This document shows positions 36,719-45,009 of a DNA stretch of 64,000 nt, piece after piece. Below the pieces are notes generated by a model. The model saw only the letters and a list, made by a program, of their open reading frames with translations, had not been told where the DNA came from and did not search any database. Numbering within the stretch: position 1 is the stretch's first letter; every line of letters begins with the position of its first letter. The stretch lies in IMG/VR virus record IMGVR_UViG_3300043399_000371, positions 36,285-100,284 of that record. The stretch is one strand, 5' to 3'. The position numbers were made by a program, and so were the translations under genes. Origin of the DNA: a virus (taxonomy: Duplodnaviria; Heunggongvirae; Uroviricota; Caudoviricetes).

Positions 36719-36976
36719 TTAGAAAAATCCGCCGGCAATCCGATCCAGATTTTCTAATGAAATTGCTTTTGCTTCGTATTTTTGTGTTATTGAATTATAA
36801 ATTAATGTGAAACCATCTTGGACGTTGTTGGTATTAACGTCATTCAACTCACCTATAGATAAATCCAAAACTGGAGAAAAATTTGGATTTGCAATTGTTG
36901 TTTGAACACTTTCCCGTATTCTAATTCTTCTATTAGAACTATTATTTGAAATAGTAACCTTGCCTATATTTGGCAT
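36719..36976 (-). CDS. small fibre-associated protein
   Basis: Contains L.ELNDVN.....DG.TLIYN....KYEA, a fibre-shaft-type repeat; ends GGFF. Confidence 0.7.
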   Translation of the reverse strand: MPNIGKVTISNNSSNRRIRIRESVQTTIANPNFSPVLDLSIGELNDVNTNNVQDGFTLIYNSITQKYEAKAISLENLDRIAGGFF

Positions 36977-36977
36977 T

Positions 36978-37310
36978 TTATCTAGTTACTCCCGGTAAAA
37001 CGACAGCGATCCCTTCAACTACCCTTGTAACTTCTCCGGTATCCGATGTAATTGTCACATCATAAAAATATCTTCCGGGATCTAAGTTTGCGGTATTTGC
37101 TGAAGACATTGATATGGTAATTTCTCCATTCGAACTGTCTGTAATGGTTGCTACGAAATCTTTTGCTGTTGACGAGTAGAAAGACTTCCTCATCTGTGAA
37201 GCAGCAGAATAAGACGATAGATTTAAAGAATCGCCTTGTATATCTTCCACGTTTAAAGAAGTAGAAAATGTCGTATACTGCTCAATTGTTATTTCTGAAT
37301 ATGCGGCCAC
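36978..37310 (-). CDS. Ig-like/BppU-type virion adaptor protein
   Basis: GTG start with GGAG SD; LNLSSY.A.SQMRK, G.ITIS.....T.NL..GRY.YDV, RVVEG...V.PGVT. Confidence 0.7.
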   Translation of the reverse strand: MAAYSEITIEQYTTFSTSLNVEDIQGDSLNLSSYSAASQMRKSFYSSTAKDFVATITDSSNGEITISMSSANTANLDPGRYFYDVTITSDTGEVTRVVEGIAVVLPGVTR

Positions 37311-37335
37311 GAATGTCTCCGTATGTTATTTATTA

Positions 37336-37343
37336 TATTTATA
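37336..37343 (-). promoter_or_regulatory. T4 late promoter heading the fibre-GT operon
   Basis: Exact TATAAATA about 26 nt upstream of the GTG at 37310. Confidence 0.75.
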
Positions 37344-37368
37344 CATAACTAGTATTGAGGTGAGAAAA

Positions 37369-38070
37369 ATGCAAAGAAAAATAACAATAGGCACGACGTA
37401 TTATAACAATCCCGACAATCTAAAGGGGTTCTTGAAAAACCATTTAGAATACTGTGATGAGTTTTTGATTGTTGATGATGGGTCCGAAATACCTATGGAC
37501 AAACATCTTCCCAAAGACGAAAGAATAAAAGCCTTCAAAGTTAAAAAGGACTATGGCTTTAATTCACATGGATGTAGAAATCTGATAATGAAACAGACAA
37601 GCAATGAATGGAACATTCTTTTGGATATAGATCGGTATTTTGTTGATGCTCAGTATTCATTCAATACACTAAAACAAAGACCACTAAAAAACAATGTTCT
37701 TTATAAATTCATGGCATTTACAGAATGGGCATCAAAATCAGACTCCGCACATGAATCTGTTAATGATTTTCTTATTCACAAAGACTACTTTTTTAGTGCT
37801 GGTGGGTATGATGAAGAACTAATGGGGTATAGAACTGGTGATAGAGAATATTTTTATCAGCTAGAACATTTCGGGCACAAAAGAGTTCTTTATGATATTG
37901 AAATCATGCTATGTCGAAAACCTTCCACCACATTACACTCAAATGAAAAATCTAAATTTGACAAGAAACAAAAACTTGATTGGGCAACACAAAAACTAAT
38001 TTATGATAGAATAAAGTCCCCACAGAAGGTAAAACCAATTCTTACCTTCGAATGGGAACGTATTGTTTAA
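37369..38070 (+). CDS. GT2-like glycosyltransferase on the opposite strand
   Basis: ITIGTTYYN, FLIVDDGS, CRNLIM, ILLDIDR, GGYDEEL.GY..GD; GAGG SD before ATG 37369. Confidence 0.75.
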   Translation: MQRKITIGTTYYNNPDNLKGFLKNHLEYCDEFLIVDDGSEIPMDKHLPKDERIKAFKVKKDYGFNSHGCRNLIMKQTSNEWNILLDIDRYFVDAQYSFNTLKQRPLKNNVLYKFMAFTEWASKSDSAHESVNDFLIHKDYFFSAGGYDEELMGYRTGDREYFYQLEHFGHKRVLYDIEIMLCRKPSTTLHSNEKSKFDKKQKLDWATQKLIYDRIKSPQKVKPILTFEWERIV

Positions 38071-39056
38071 ATGTTTTGATATGTCTTTAGGTCAAACTTT
38101 GTTCCTTTCATTTTATTGATAGAAACTAGATCGTTGTTCTTCCAGACAAGAACTTCGTTGTCATCATAAAGAAAATCACAATCCTTACAGAAAGAAACTT
38201 CATCAAATCTTTTTTCGTGGTGCATCTGTCTCAACCATTGATATTTTTCGCCATTCCAGACTTCGGCAACAGACTTCCCATCAAGACTTCCAAGATCTGC
38301 TTCAGCGTCTCTTCCTAGAGTTTGGCAACATGGAGCAACAGTTAATTTGCCACCATTGTTTCCTCCAGCCCTAACGGTCAAGTCTGGAGAGAATGGTCTA
38401 CCACAACTTCTCTTTTCTCCGCGACGTTTATAATCAGAATCGTAAACACCAGACCAATTATGCATTTTCCAAATTTCTGCAAATGATCCAACTGGTTCAA
38501 TGAAATTTTTACGATATTGCTCGATCTCAAAGTCAACTTTATCATTATCAAGTATTAAGTGGTATGATGCGACAATACAGTCAGATCCAGTTTCACCAAT
38601 ATATTTTTTCATGTTGATTGCATTGGATTTGATGACATTGAATGCGTCACGGTTCATCCATTTCATATACTGCAATTGACTGTATCCGATCACCGAGAAA
38701 CGTGCTAACGAGAGACCAGCATCCACACATCGTTTCATATAATCATCTTTTAAATTAAATCCGTTTGTGTAGATGAATACCTTTGCACCATATTTTCTAA
38801 CTATCTTGATGTAATCTGGGAGGTTTCTATTTAGTGTTGGCTCACCAGAACCCTCAAGGTTTACAACATTGAGTCCTGCCTCTGCACATTCAGCTACGAT
38901 CCTCTCAAAGTCTTTAAGAGACATCTTTTTGAGCCAGTCCTTGCCTCGTCCTGTTGTTTGTGGACACATACCACAGGAATAGTTACATCCCCCATTGATT
39001 TCAATTACAGCACGGTCAATAGATAAAGGAATTATAAAGTTCGTGTTTTGTTGCAT
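38067..39056 (-). CDS. radical SAM protein with C-terminal SPASM/twitch domain
   Basis: CNYSCGMC (CxxxCxxC), GSGEPTLN, YTNG; RSCGRPF...VAPCC...FCKDC. Start uncertain (39056 or 39068). Confidence 0.9.
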   Translation of the reverse strand: MQQNTNFIIPLSIDRAVIEINGGCNYSCGMCPQTTGRGKDWLKKMSLKDFERIVAECAEAGLNVVNLEGSGEPTLNRNLPDYIKIVRKYGAKVFIYTNGFNLKDDYMKRCVDAGLSLARFSVIGYSQLQYMKWMNRDAFNVIKSNAINMKKYIGETGSDCIVASYHLILDNDKVDFEIEQYRKNFIEPVGSFAEIWKMHNWSGVYDSDYKRRGEKRSCGRPFSPDLTVRAGGNNGGKLTVAPCCQTLGRDAEADLGSLDGKSVAEVWNGEKYQWLRQMHHEKRFDEVSFCKDCDFLYDDNEVLVWKNNDLVSINKMKGTKFDLKTYQNI

Positions 39057-39795
39057 CTTTTTTCTCACTAATGTAATTTTGATGGAGTTGTTTCACTTCC
39101 TCGACTCTTTTCTGACTTGCTCTGACATAATTCTTAATGTTAGAATCGAGAAATCTTTTTGGGTTATCTTCTAGAACTGCTTGTGGTATGAGAACACTAT
39201 TTAATGGTTTTCTTTTACAGAAAACGATCAAAGGTTTCCACATAAATTTAAATAATTGGTGTGCTAAACCATCATAACCAATACCGAATTCACATTCATT
39301 TATGTGTCTAATTACTTGTTTGATTGGTGTTCTATATGTCACTTCATAAATATCATACCCAGACATATGTAGCTTTGCACGAATATCAAGCCAATGTTTA
39401 TGTGCTGGATCTTTATTTATTCCGGGAAATTCTATATTGAAATCTGTTGTCCAGAGAACAACTTTTTTCTTGGTTTCTTGTGGTTCAAGATTAGTGTACC
39501 ACAAACCATGTAGAGGATTAAATTCGTCTAGTTGGTTATAGAATCTAAATTTCGGATTACTATTGAATTTGTGATGGATAGTTATTCCATCAGTTTGTTT
39601 GAAAATAGATTCTATGTATTGAAATCTATCAAATAGAGTTTCAGTATCAAGTGGTGAGTATAGGTGATTTTTGTCATCCTTCCAATGAAACGTTATGTCT
39701 ATTGGTCTTTCATATTTTAGTCTTGATGTGTGTGCATAGCCAAGACCAGTTACAAAATCACCATACCCAATTCCAGTTCGCCATTCTATATTCAT
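39016..39795 (-). CDS. GT-B/GT9-like putative glycosyltransferase
   Basis: N-terminal GIGYGDF; C-terminal INECEFGIGYDGLAHQL...KPLIVF resembles the GT9 IG.DSG..H motif. Confidence 0.5.
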   Translation of the reverse strand: MNIEWRTGIGYGDFVTGLGYAHTSRLKYERPIDITFHWKDDKNHLYSPLDTETLFDRFQYIESIFKQTDGITIHHKFNSNPKFRFYNQLDEFNPLHGLWYTNLEPQETKKKVVLWTTDFNIEFPGINKDPAHKHWLDIRAKLHMSGYDIYEVTYRTPIKQVIRHINECEFGIGYDGLAHQLFKFMWKPLIVFCKRKPLNSVLIPQAVLEDNPKRFLDSNIKNYVRASQKRVEEVKQLHQNYISEKKDATKHELYNSFIY

Positions 39796-39797
39796 AA

Positions 39798-40466
39798 TTA
39801 CTGATTGAAGATTTCTGGATCACAATCTCCTTTTGTAATTTCTTTGATCATATTAATCCACATATCTTTATTGTGCATTACCCAAGCTAGAGTTACCCTT
39901 TGTTTTTTGGTTTCTGCCATATGCCAGAAAACCCTATTTGGTTCTTTTCTTTCATTTGGGTAATATCCTACACGAACATTCCATCCGGGTTGATCTTGTA
40001 GTCTCACGATTGATTTTGTGTTATAGTCCCAATAGCTGAAGTTACCATCACCATCTTGACTGTATGTTAGAAGTACATTGTAACCGGGAGCATTTCCATT
40101 ATGGTGCCATCCGATATATCCATTATCTGGGTATGACATGATTAGAGCATTTACCGGAGTTCCCAAAAAGTTTCCGATTCTTGCTGCTTTCTTTCGAACA
40201 GATTCAACTTTATCCCAAATTTGTTGGCTAGCATTATTCATTCCTAATCCAAGAACTGCCCTTGGGAATCCATATTCAGATACGGGATGCTTAAATGCTT
40301 CAAACAAATACTCGTCGGAGCATGGGTGAAAATTTGGATTTAATTTATCTTTTTGCTCTGGAAGACTGAAAACTAAGTCCTTAACAACTCCCGAATAAAA
40401 CTCATCAGTTATACTCGATAATAGGGTCGTTAGTCGCTCGCTTTTTAACTTTACGGGTTTCATCAT
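39798..40466 (-). CDS. cupin / 2OG-Fe(II) oxygenase-like protein
   Basis: YPDNGYIGWHHNGN...VFWHMAE...RVTL (H-x-N...H with a downstream Arg). Confidence 0.5.
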   Translation of the reverse strand: MMKPVKLKSERLTTLLSSITDEFYSGVVKDLVFSLPEQKDKLNPNFHPCSDEYLFEAFKHPVSEYGFPRAVLGLGMNNASQQIWDKVESVRKKAARIGNFLGTPVNALIMSYPDNGYIGWHHNGNAPGYNVLLTYSQDGDGNFSYWDYNTKSIVRLQDQPGWNVRVGYYPNERKEPNRVFWHMAETKKQRVTLAWVMHNKDMWINMIKEITKGDCDPEIFNQ

Positions 40467-41232
40467 TTATCCTTTTCTGTATTTCTTGCCAAACAAATGG
40501 CATTTTACTCCAAGACTGCTTATCAATTTGTGTGATAACTGCTGGACCATCATTGTCTTCTGGTAAGTCCTGTCCTGAGTTGTTCCACCTTCTCGGCAAA
40601 GTTATTATGTTTAAATCATCAAATCTGCTAAATTCAGGAAACCTTTTGCTGGTCATTCTCCACAAAGTAAACATATCAAAATTCTGCCATTCCTGATAAT
40701 GGTCTTTGTATGTCCAAGGAGTGGTTACTTGTTTGATATATTCTTCATACCATGTTGTCATGAAGTCTATACTTTTTTCGTTTTTGTGATAACCGAAACA
40801 AGAACCATGCAACTTAGCAAAGTGCTTTCTCTGTTTATCTATGTAAGCCCATTTGAGATTTCCAACAGTATACACCATATTGCTGCCAAAGAACATATCA
40901 CAATTATCAAGAAAATCGTGCATATTCCTGATGTCTCTATGTCTTACAATAGAGTCACAATCATTAAAAATAGTTCTCTGGTATGGTGTTCTAGCACAAC
41001 ACCACATTCTTGCTCTGGCGTGGATTGGAATATTTGTTATAACCCTATCGAAAACCTTACATCTTTCGTCTGTAAATTTTTCGTGGGTGAATAGGGTTAT
41101 ATGTGAGTTTGGATAATAGTCTTTTAGAGACTGTGCTGAAATTAAAGCCAACTCATAATATAAAACGTCTTTAGAAGCGGTGTACACGAATCCATCTTGT
41201 GCGCTTCTTCCATTATCATAATGTATATTCAT
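40405..41232 (-). CDS. GT-A (GT8-like) nucleotide-sugar transferase
   Basis: ISAQSLK, ITLFT, TIFNDCDSIV (DxD), LPRRWN. Confidence 0.6.
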   Translation of the reverse strand: MNIHYDNGRSAQDGFVYTASKDVLYYELALISAQSLKDYYPNSHITLFTHEKFTDERCKVFDRVITNIPIHARARMWCCARTPYQRTIFNDCDSIVRHRDIRNMHDFLDNCDMFFGSNMVYTVGNLKWAYIDKQRKHFAKLHGSCFGYHKNEKSIDFMTTWYEEYIKQVTTPWTYKDHYQEWQNFDMFTLWRMTSKRFPEFSRFDDLNIITLPRRWNNSGQDLPEDNDGPAVITQIDKQSWSKMPFVWQEIQKRINDETRKVKKRATNDPIIEYN

Positions 41233-41235
41233 AAA

Positions 41236-41721
41236 TTATTTATTAAATTGCAAATCATCGATCATATCAAATAGATCTATAAATGACATTCCTTTTTCTG
41301 TTATGTATTTCTGTGCAAGATGCATGATGATGATATTTAGCATCAATGGGTCTGGGGCGCGACGAACAGCAGCTTTGTCTTCATCAGATGCCTCAGACAC
41401 AAATGGTAAGCTGAAACATCTCATTTTCATGTCGAACAACATTTTCAGTTTGTCGTTTTCTATTGCTGCTTTTCGCTTTTTATCTGCAAATTCTTGATTC
41501 TGTTTAGCACGTTCCTCAATGCGATTTCTTTGATCACGCATTTGTTTCTCATCGAACTCGTCAAGAATTCGATCCCAATATTCGTTCACTCCACGTTCCC
41601 TATTTGCTGGAACTGTGAATTCTGCCAAGGACTCAATACCATTTTCACGAACAAGAGTCATTCGAATTCTTGTTTTTTTGGCATCAACGTAAACTGGATT
41701 TTTTATGATAGGATATTTCAT
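41236..41721 (-). CDS. hypothetical helical protein (possible chaperone)
   Basis: 161 aa, GAGG SD, charged helical C-half. Confidence 0.7.
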   Translation of the reverse strand: MKYPIIKNPVYVDAKKTRIRMTLVRENGIESLAEFTVPANRERGVNEYWDRILDEFDEKQMRDQRNRIEERAKQNQEFADKKRKAAIENDKLKMLFDMKMRCFSLPFVSEASDEDKAAVRRAPDPLMLNIIIMHLAQKYITEKGMSFIDLFDMIDDLQFNK

Positions 41722-41744
41722 TTGTATACCTCTTTAAACATTAT

Positions 41745-42497
41745 TTATTTAGCTTTCTGTATCACCACAATATATTCGTTGTGGTTGTCTTCTGCTTTGT
41801 CACCTATATTATATCTTTTTCTGAGTTGTTTGTTGTTCAGAATATGTCTTAGTCCCAAATTCTCATGGCTATAGATTTTTATTTTGTTACCTTCTTTTCG
41901 TTTCTGCTCAAGTACCGAAGATAAACTTTCTAATTCTTCTCTACCGTATCTATGTGATATATCTTCGATGAAATAGAAACCGCCTTTTTTCAAATAATCC
42001 CAAGAAGATTCTAGAGTCTTTATTTGTGAATATGGGTGGTGGTCTCCATCGTCGATAATAATATCAAACTCTTTACCATATAATTCCAACCAATCATCTT
42101 TCTTTGTGCTATCAAAATACAATGTCTTGACTTTATTGAATGATTGAAATTTCTTTCTGAGTTCTTGAATGTTCATCACTCTGTCTTGGTTTATCACAAT
42201 ATCCACACCATAAACAGTTGACTTTGTAAAATATTTTTGCCAAGCTAATAAACCAAAACCATAATGTGTTCCAACTTCAATAATACTCAGATTCTTGTCT
42301 TTTAATTTAGAAATGTATTTTGAGTAAACAGCATAGTATCCCCTCCATCCACCTCGATCCGTTTCATTAGGATCTCTGTCTGGAAAGTTTTGCTTCATTG
42401 TATATCTGTTGTGGTTTGGATTATAATTCAAAAGTTTCTTCAATTCTTCATCGTAACTTTTGATTGTCTTATAACTTTTGGCTTCTGTGAATATCAT
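41745..42497 (-). CDS. class I SAM O-methyltransferase (Methyltransf_24 / sugar O-methyltransferase-like)
   Basis: IIEVGTHYG, VYGVDI, FDIIIDDGDH, LKKGGFYFIED. Confidence 0.8.
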   Translation of the reverse strand: MIFTEAKSYKTIKSYDEELKKLLNYNPNHNRYTMKQNFPDRDPNETDRGGWRGYYAVYSKYISKLKDKNLSIIEVGTHYGFGLLAWQKYFTKSTVYGVDIVINQDRVMNIQELRKKFQSFNKVKTLYFDSTKKDDWLELYGKEFDIIIDDGDHHPYSQIKTLESSWDYLKKGGFYFIEDISHRYGREELESLSSVLEQKRKEGNKIKIYSHENLGLRHILNNKQLRKRYNIGDKAEDNHNEYIVVIQKAK

Positions 42498-43147
42498 ATT
42501 TCTATAAATTTGTGAAATTTATCCTGTGACCAATGTTCTGGGTGAATGTTACAATAATGCTCAACGGTATTACCATATTTAGATGACATGACTTGGTTGC
42601 TACATGGAACATATTTTTTATGGGAGGAGTTTACAACTTTGTCAACAATTTTTTCATGCAAGGCAAATCCATGTATGAATGAATATGGTCCTGCTGTTAT
42701 TTCTGTATCCATAGAAACTTCGACCAATTTTTTTGCAAACCAAGGTTTTATTGCATAACTTCCCATTGCAGCTTTATCATAGAAAATAATACCATAATTG
42801 TCATTTTTCCATAATTTTTCTGGGTGTTCAAGAAACGAATCATGTTCCATAATCAAAATTTCTTGATTCAAAAAACAACATTCTTGCCAAAGCTTGAAAT
42901 GACTGTACCAAACTGCTTTTTCCGTATCTGTTATCTCTGCTTTTAAATTTAGATTTAAATATTTTCTGGCATGAGAATATTTGGTGAATCTAAGTTCCTT
43001 TTGCTTAACAAGTGTCTTTGGTGTTATAGCAGGAAACTTTTTTACTTTTAGGCCAGCTTTTTCCCATGATGGTATACAGTAGCTGGCATAATAGTTGGAT
43101 GCTTCACTATCTTCAACAACAATCATAAAACAATTTTCAAATAACAT
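42494..43147 (-). CDS. GT25-like (Lex2/LgtB-type) glycosyltransferase
   Basis: FPAITP, TEKAVWYSHFKLWQEC, ILIMEHD, GSYAI.P..AKKL. Start coupled (TAATG) to the upstream gene. Confidence 0.65.
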   Translation of the reverse strand: MLFENCFMIVVEDSEASNYYASYCIPSWEKAGLKVKKFPAITPKTLVKQKELRFTKYSHARKYLNLNLKAEITDTEKAVWYSHFKLWQECCFLNQEILIMEHDSFLEHPEKLWKNDNYGIIFYDKAAMGSYAIKPWFAKKLVEVSMDTEITAGPYSFIHGFALHEKIVDKVVNSSHKKYVPCSNQVMSSKYGNTVEHYCNIHPEHWSQDKFHKFIEI

Positions 43148-44805
43148 TATGCAACTCGTTTCCAAAGAGTAATTTCTGTGATAATTTCTGTTGTTACCTG
43201 TACTCTTTCGCCTTCATATGTTAGAATGTATGCTGTTGGGTTTCCAAGATAGTCTGTGCCACCGGGGTCTAATGATGTATATGATACCTGTCCAGTAAAT
43301 CCTACAGCACCAACGTAATCAGATCCGCCGAATGATGCACCATCATATGCAACTGCGGCATCATATAGTCCAACACCATAAAGGTCGCCGGTATATGATG
43401 TAATGAATCCACCAATAAATCCAGCATATGTCCCCCAGAATGTAATACCTGCCAAATATTCATTACCAACAGAACCTTGATATAAACCACCCCAATAAGT
43501 TTCCACACCAGTATATGTTGCGGTATAGGATGAAGCAACCCCTGCTGTATATGTAACACTACCTGTATATGTTGCACCGGGAGAATTGTAATTTGTAGAT
43601 GTTGCTGAATTAAATGCTTCCTCGGACGAATATGATGCTGAGAGACCAGTATATGGTGTTATATCTGCTGGACCAGTATAGTTAGTAAATAAGCTTGCAT
43701 AATCTGTTTCACCACCAAGATAATCTGTAAAATTGATTGCATATTCTGGGTTAAGATATACAGGACCATATGAACCAGCGTCAGGATCTTCGCCTATAAA
43801 ATCTGTTGGAGAGTTATATGAACCACCAGCATAAGATACTGCACCATCAACACCAGTATAATTTGATACCCCCTGATAAACAGCAGTTACATAGTTCGTG
43901 TCAGTACCAACATAACCAACTTGACTTGTGTATATACCCTGAACAGATCCAAGATATTCATTTTGACCACCACCAATATATGAACCAGTATCAACAAGAC
44001 CAAGATATTCTGGATTCATATAATCGACACCATAGGATATGGTATCTGCATTAAATGATATGTCTGCTGTTATTCTACGAATATCTTGTACACTTCCACA
44101 GTCGGCCCAAACCCCGGTTACTGGTGGAGAACTCTGTAGAGCATAGAAACCAATGCCCGTAGAAATCATTGAACTTTCAACAGTTTTAATCAAAAGTCTC
44201 AAATCCATTTCCGAGAATTGAGTTAACTGTGAACCAGAAAGTTTTAGTGGTGCCAAAAATGATTCTTGATAACCATTATCAATTTTATGCCACAAATAAT
44301 ATGTGTTGTTTACTATTGTAAAATTTTCTAATGTGTCTTTTAATTCACCGATACTAACCCAAGTTCCACCATCTGCCGGTGCTGTTGGTCCAAGATAATA
44401 ACTGTTGATGCTGTTTTCGCCAGCAATCATATCCAAAATATAATTTGCTACGTTTTGGATTGGTGTGATACCTTCTTTTAATACAATAGTTGGAGAAGTT
44501 GATGTATCCAATCCAACATATTTTGGGGCATCTGGTTGTGCGCCATATGTTGATGTCTGTTGTTGAGAAAGTGTGTATGTGTTTGAATATACAGTAACGT
44601 TTGCGGAATCTACCCCTCCACCACGAACAGTATCTACGAACGTACCAATTGGATTTGTTGTGCCAAGAGTTATGGTTCCTGCAAAAGTCCCATTTGCCAT
44701 CTCTTGAAGAATCCAATTTGATATTCTCTGAATATCAGTATCATTTGCTTGAGTTAACTCTGATAACCCTTCATTTTGTTTTAGATATACTAGATTGATA
44801 CTCAT
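43147..44805 (-). CDS. virion-type protein with a long Tyr-x-Gly low-complexity region
   Basis: 552 aa; about 289-aa stretch (43207-44073) with about 38 Tyr and no K/R/H/C. Confidence 0.75.
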   Translation of the reverse strand: MSINLVYLKQNEGLSELTQANDTDIQRISNWILQEMANGTFAGTITLGTTNPIGTFVDTVRGGGVDSANVTVYSNTYTLSQQQTSTYGAQPDAPKYVGLDTSTSPTIVLKEGITPIQNVANYILDMIAGENSINSYYLGPTAPADGGTWVSIGELKDTLENFTIVNNTYYLWHKIDNGYQESFLAPLKLSGSQLTQFSEMDLRLLIKTVESSMISTGIGFYALQSSPPVTGVWADCGSVQDIRRITADISFNADTISYGVDYMNPEYLGLVDTGSYIGGGQNEYLGSVQGIYTSQVGYVGTDTNYVTAVYQGVSNYTGVDGAVSYAGGSYNSPTDFIGEDPDAGSYGPVYLNPEYAINFTDYLGGETDYASLFTNYTGPADITPYTGLSASYSSEEAFNSATSTNYNSPGATYTGSVTYTAGVASSYTATYTGVETYWGGLYQGSVGNEYLAGITFWGTYAGFIGGFITSYTGDLYGVGLYDAAVAYDGASFGGSDYVGAVGFTGQVSYTSLDPGGTDYLGNPTAYILTYEGERVQVTTEIITEITLWKRVA

Positions 44806-44972
44806 TAATTACCCCAGACAATAGTACCTGTAGAATCTTTTATAACAAGAGTCCTACTTGAACTATCCAAAAAACCAGATGATTGTACAGAACTTGAGAA
44901 TATTGCAGAATTTGCGTTTGTTACATTTCTATTGTCATCAACTACAATAATACCAGAAACTTTTATTGCCAT
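44805..44972 (-). CDS. 55-aa fibre-associated protein
   Basis: Not in ORF track; translated by hand: MAIKVSGIIVVDDNRNVTNANSAIFSSSVQSSGFLDSSSRTLVIKDSTGTIVWGN. AAGGA SD; TAATG overlap with the next gene. Confidence 0.8.
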   Translation of the reverse strand: MAIKVSGIIVVDDNRNVTNANSAIFSSSVQSSGFLDSSSRTLVIKDSTGTIVWGN

Positions 44973-45009
44973 CTTCGTAATCCTTACTCGGCAGTTGTTT
45001 TACTATTTA

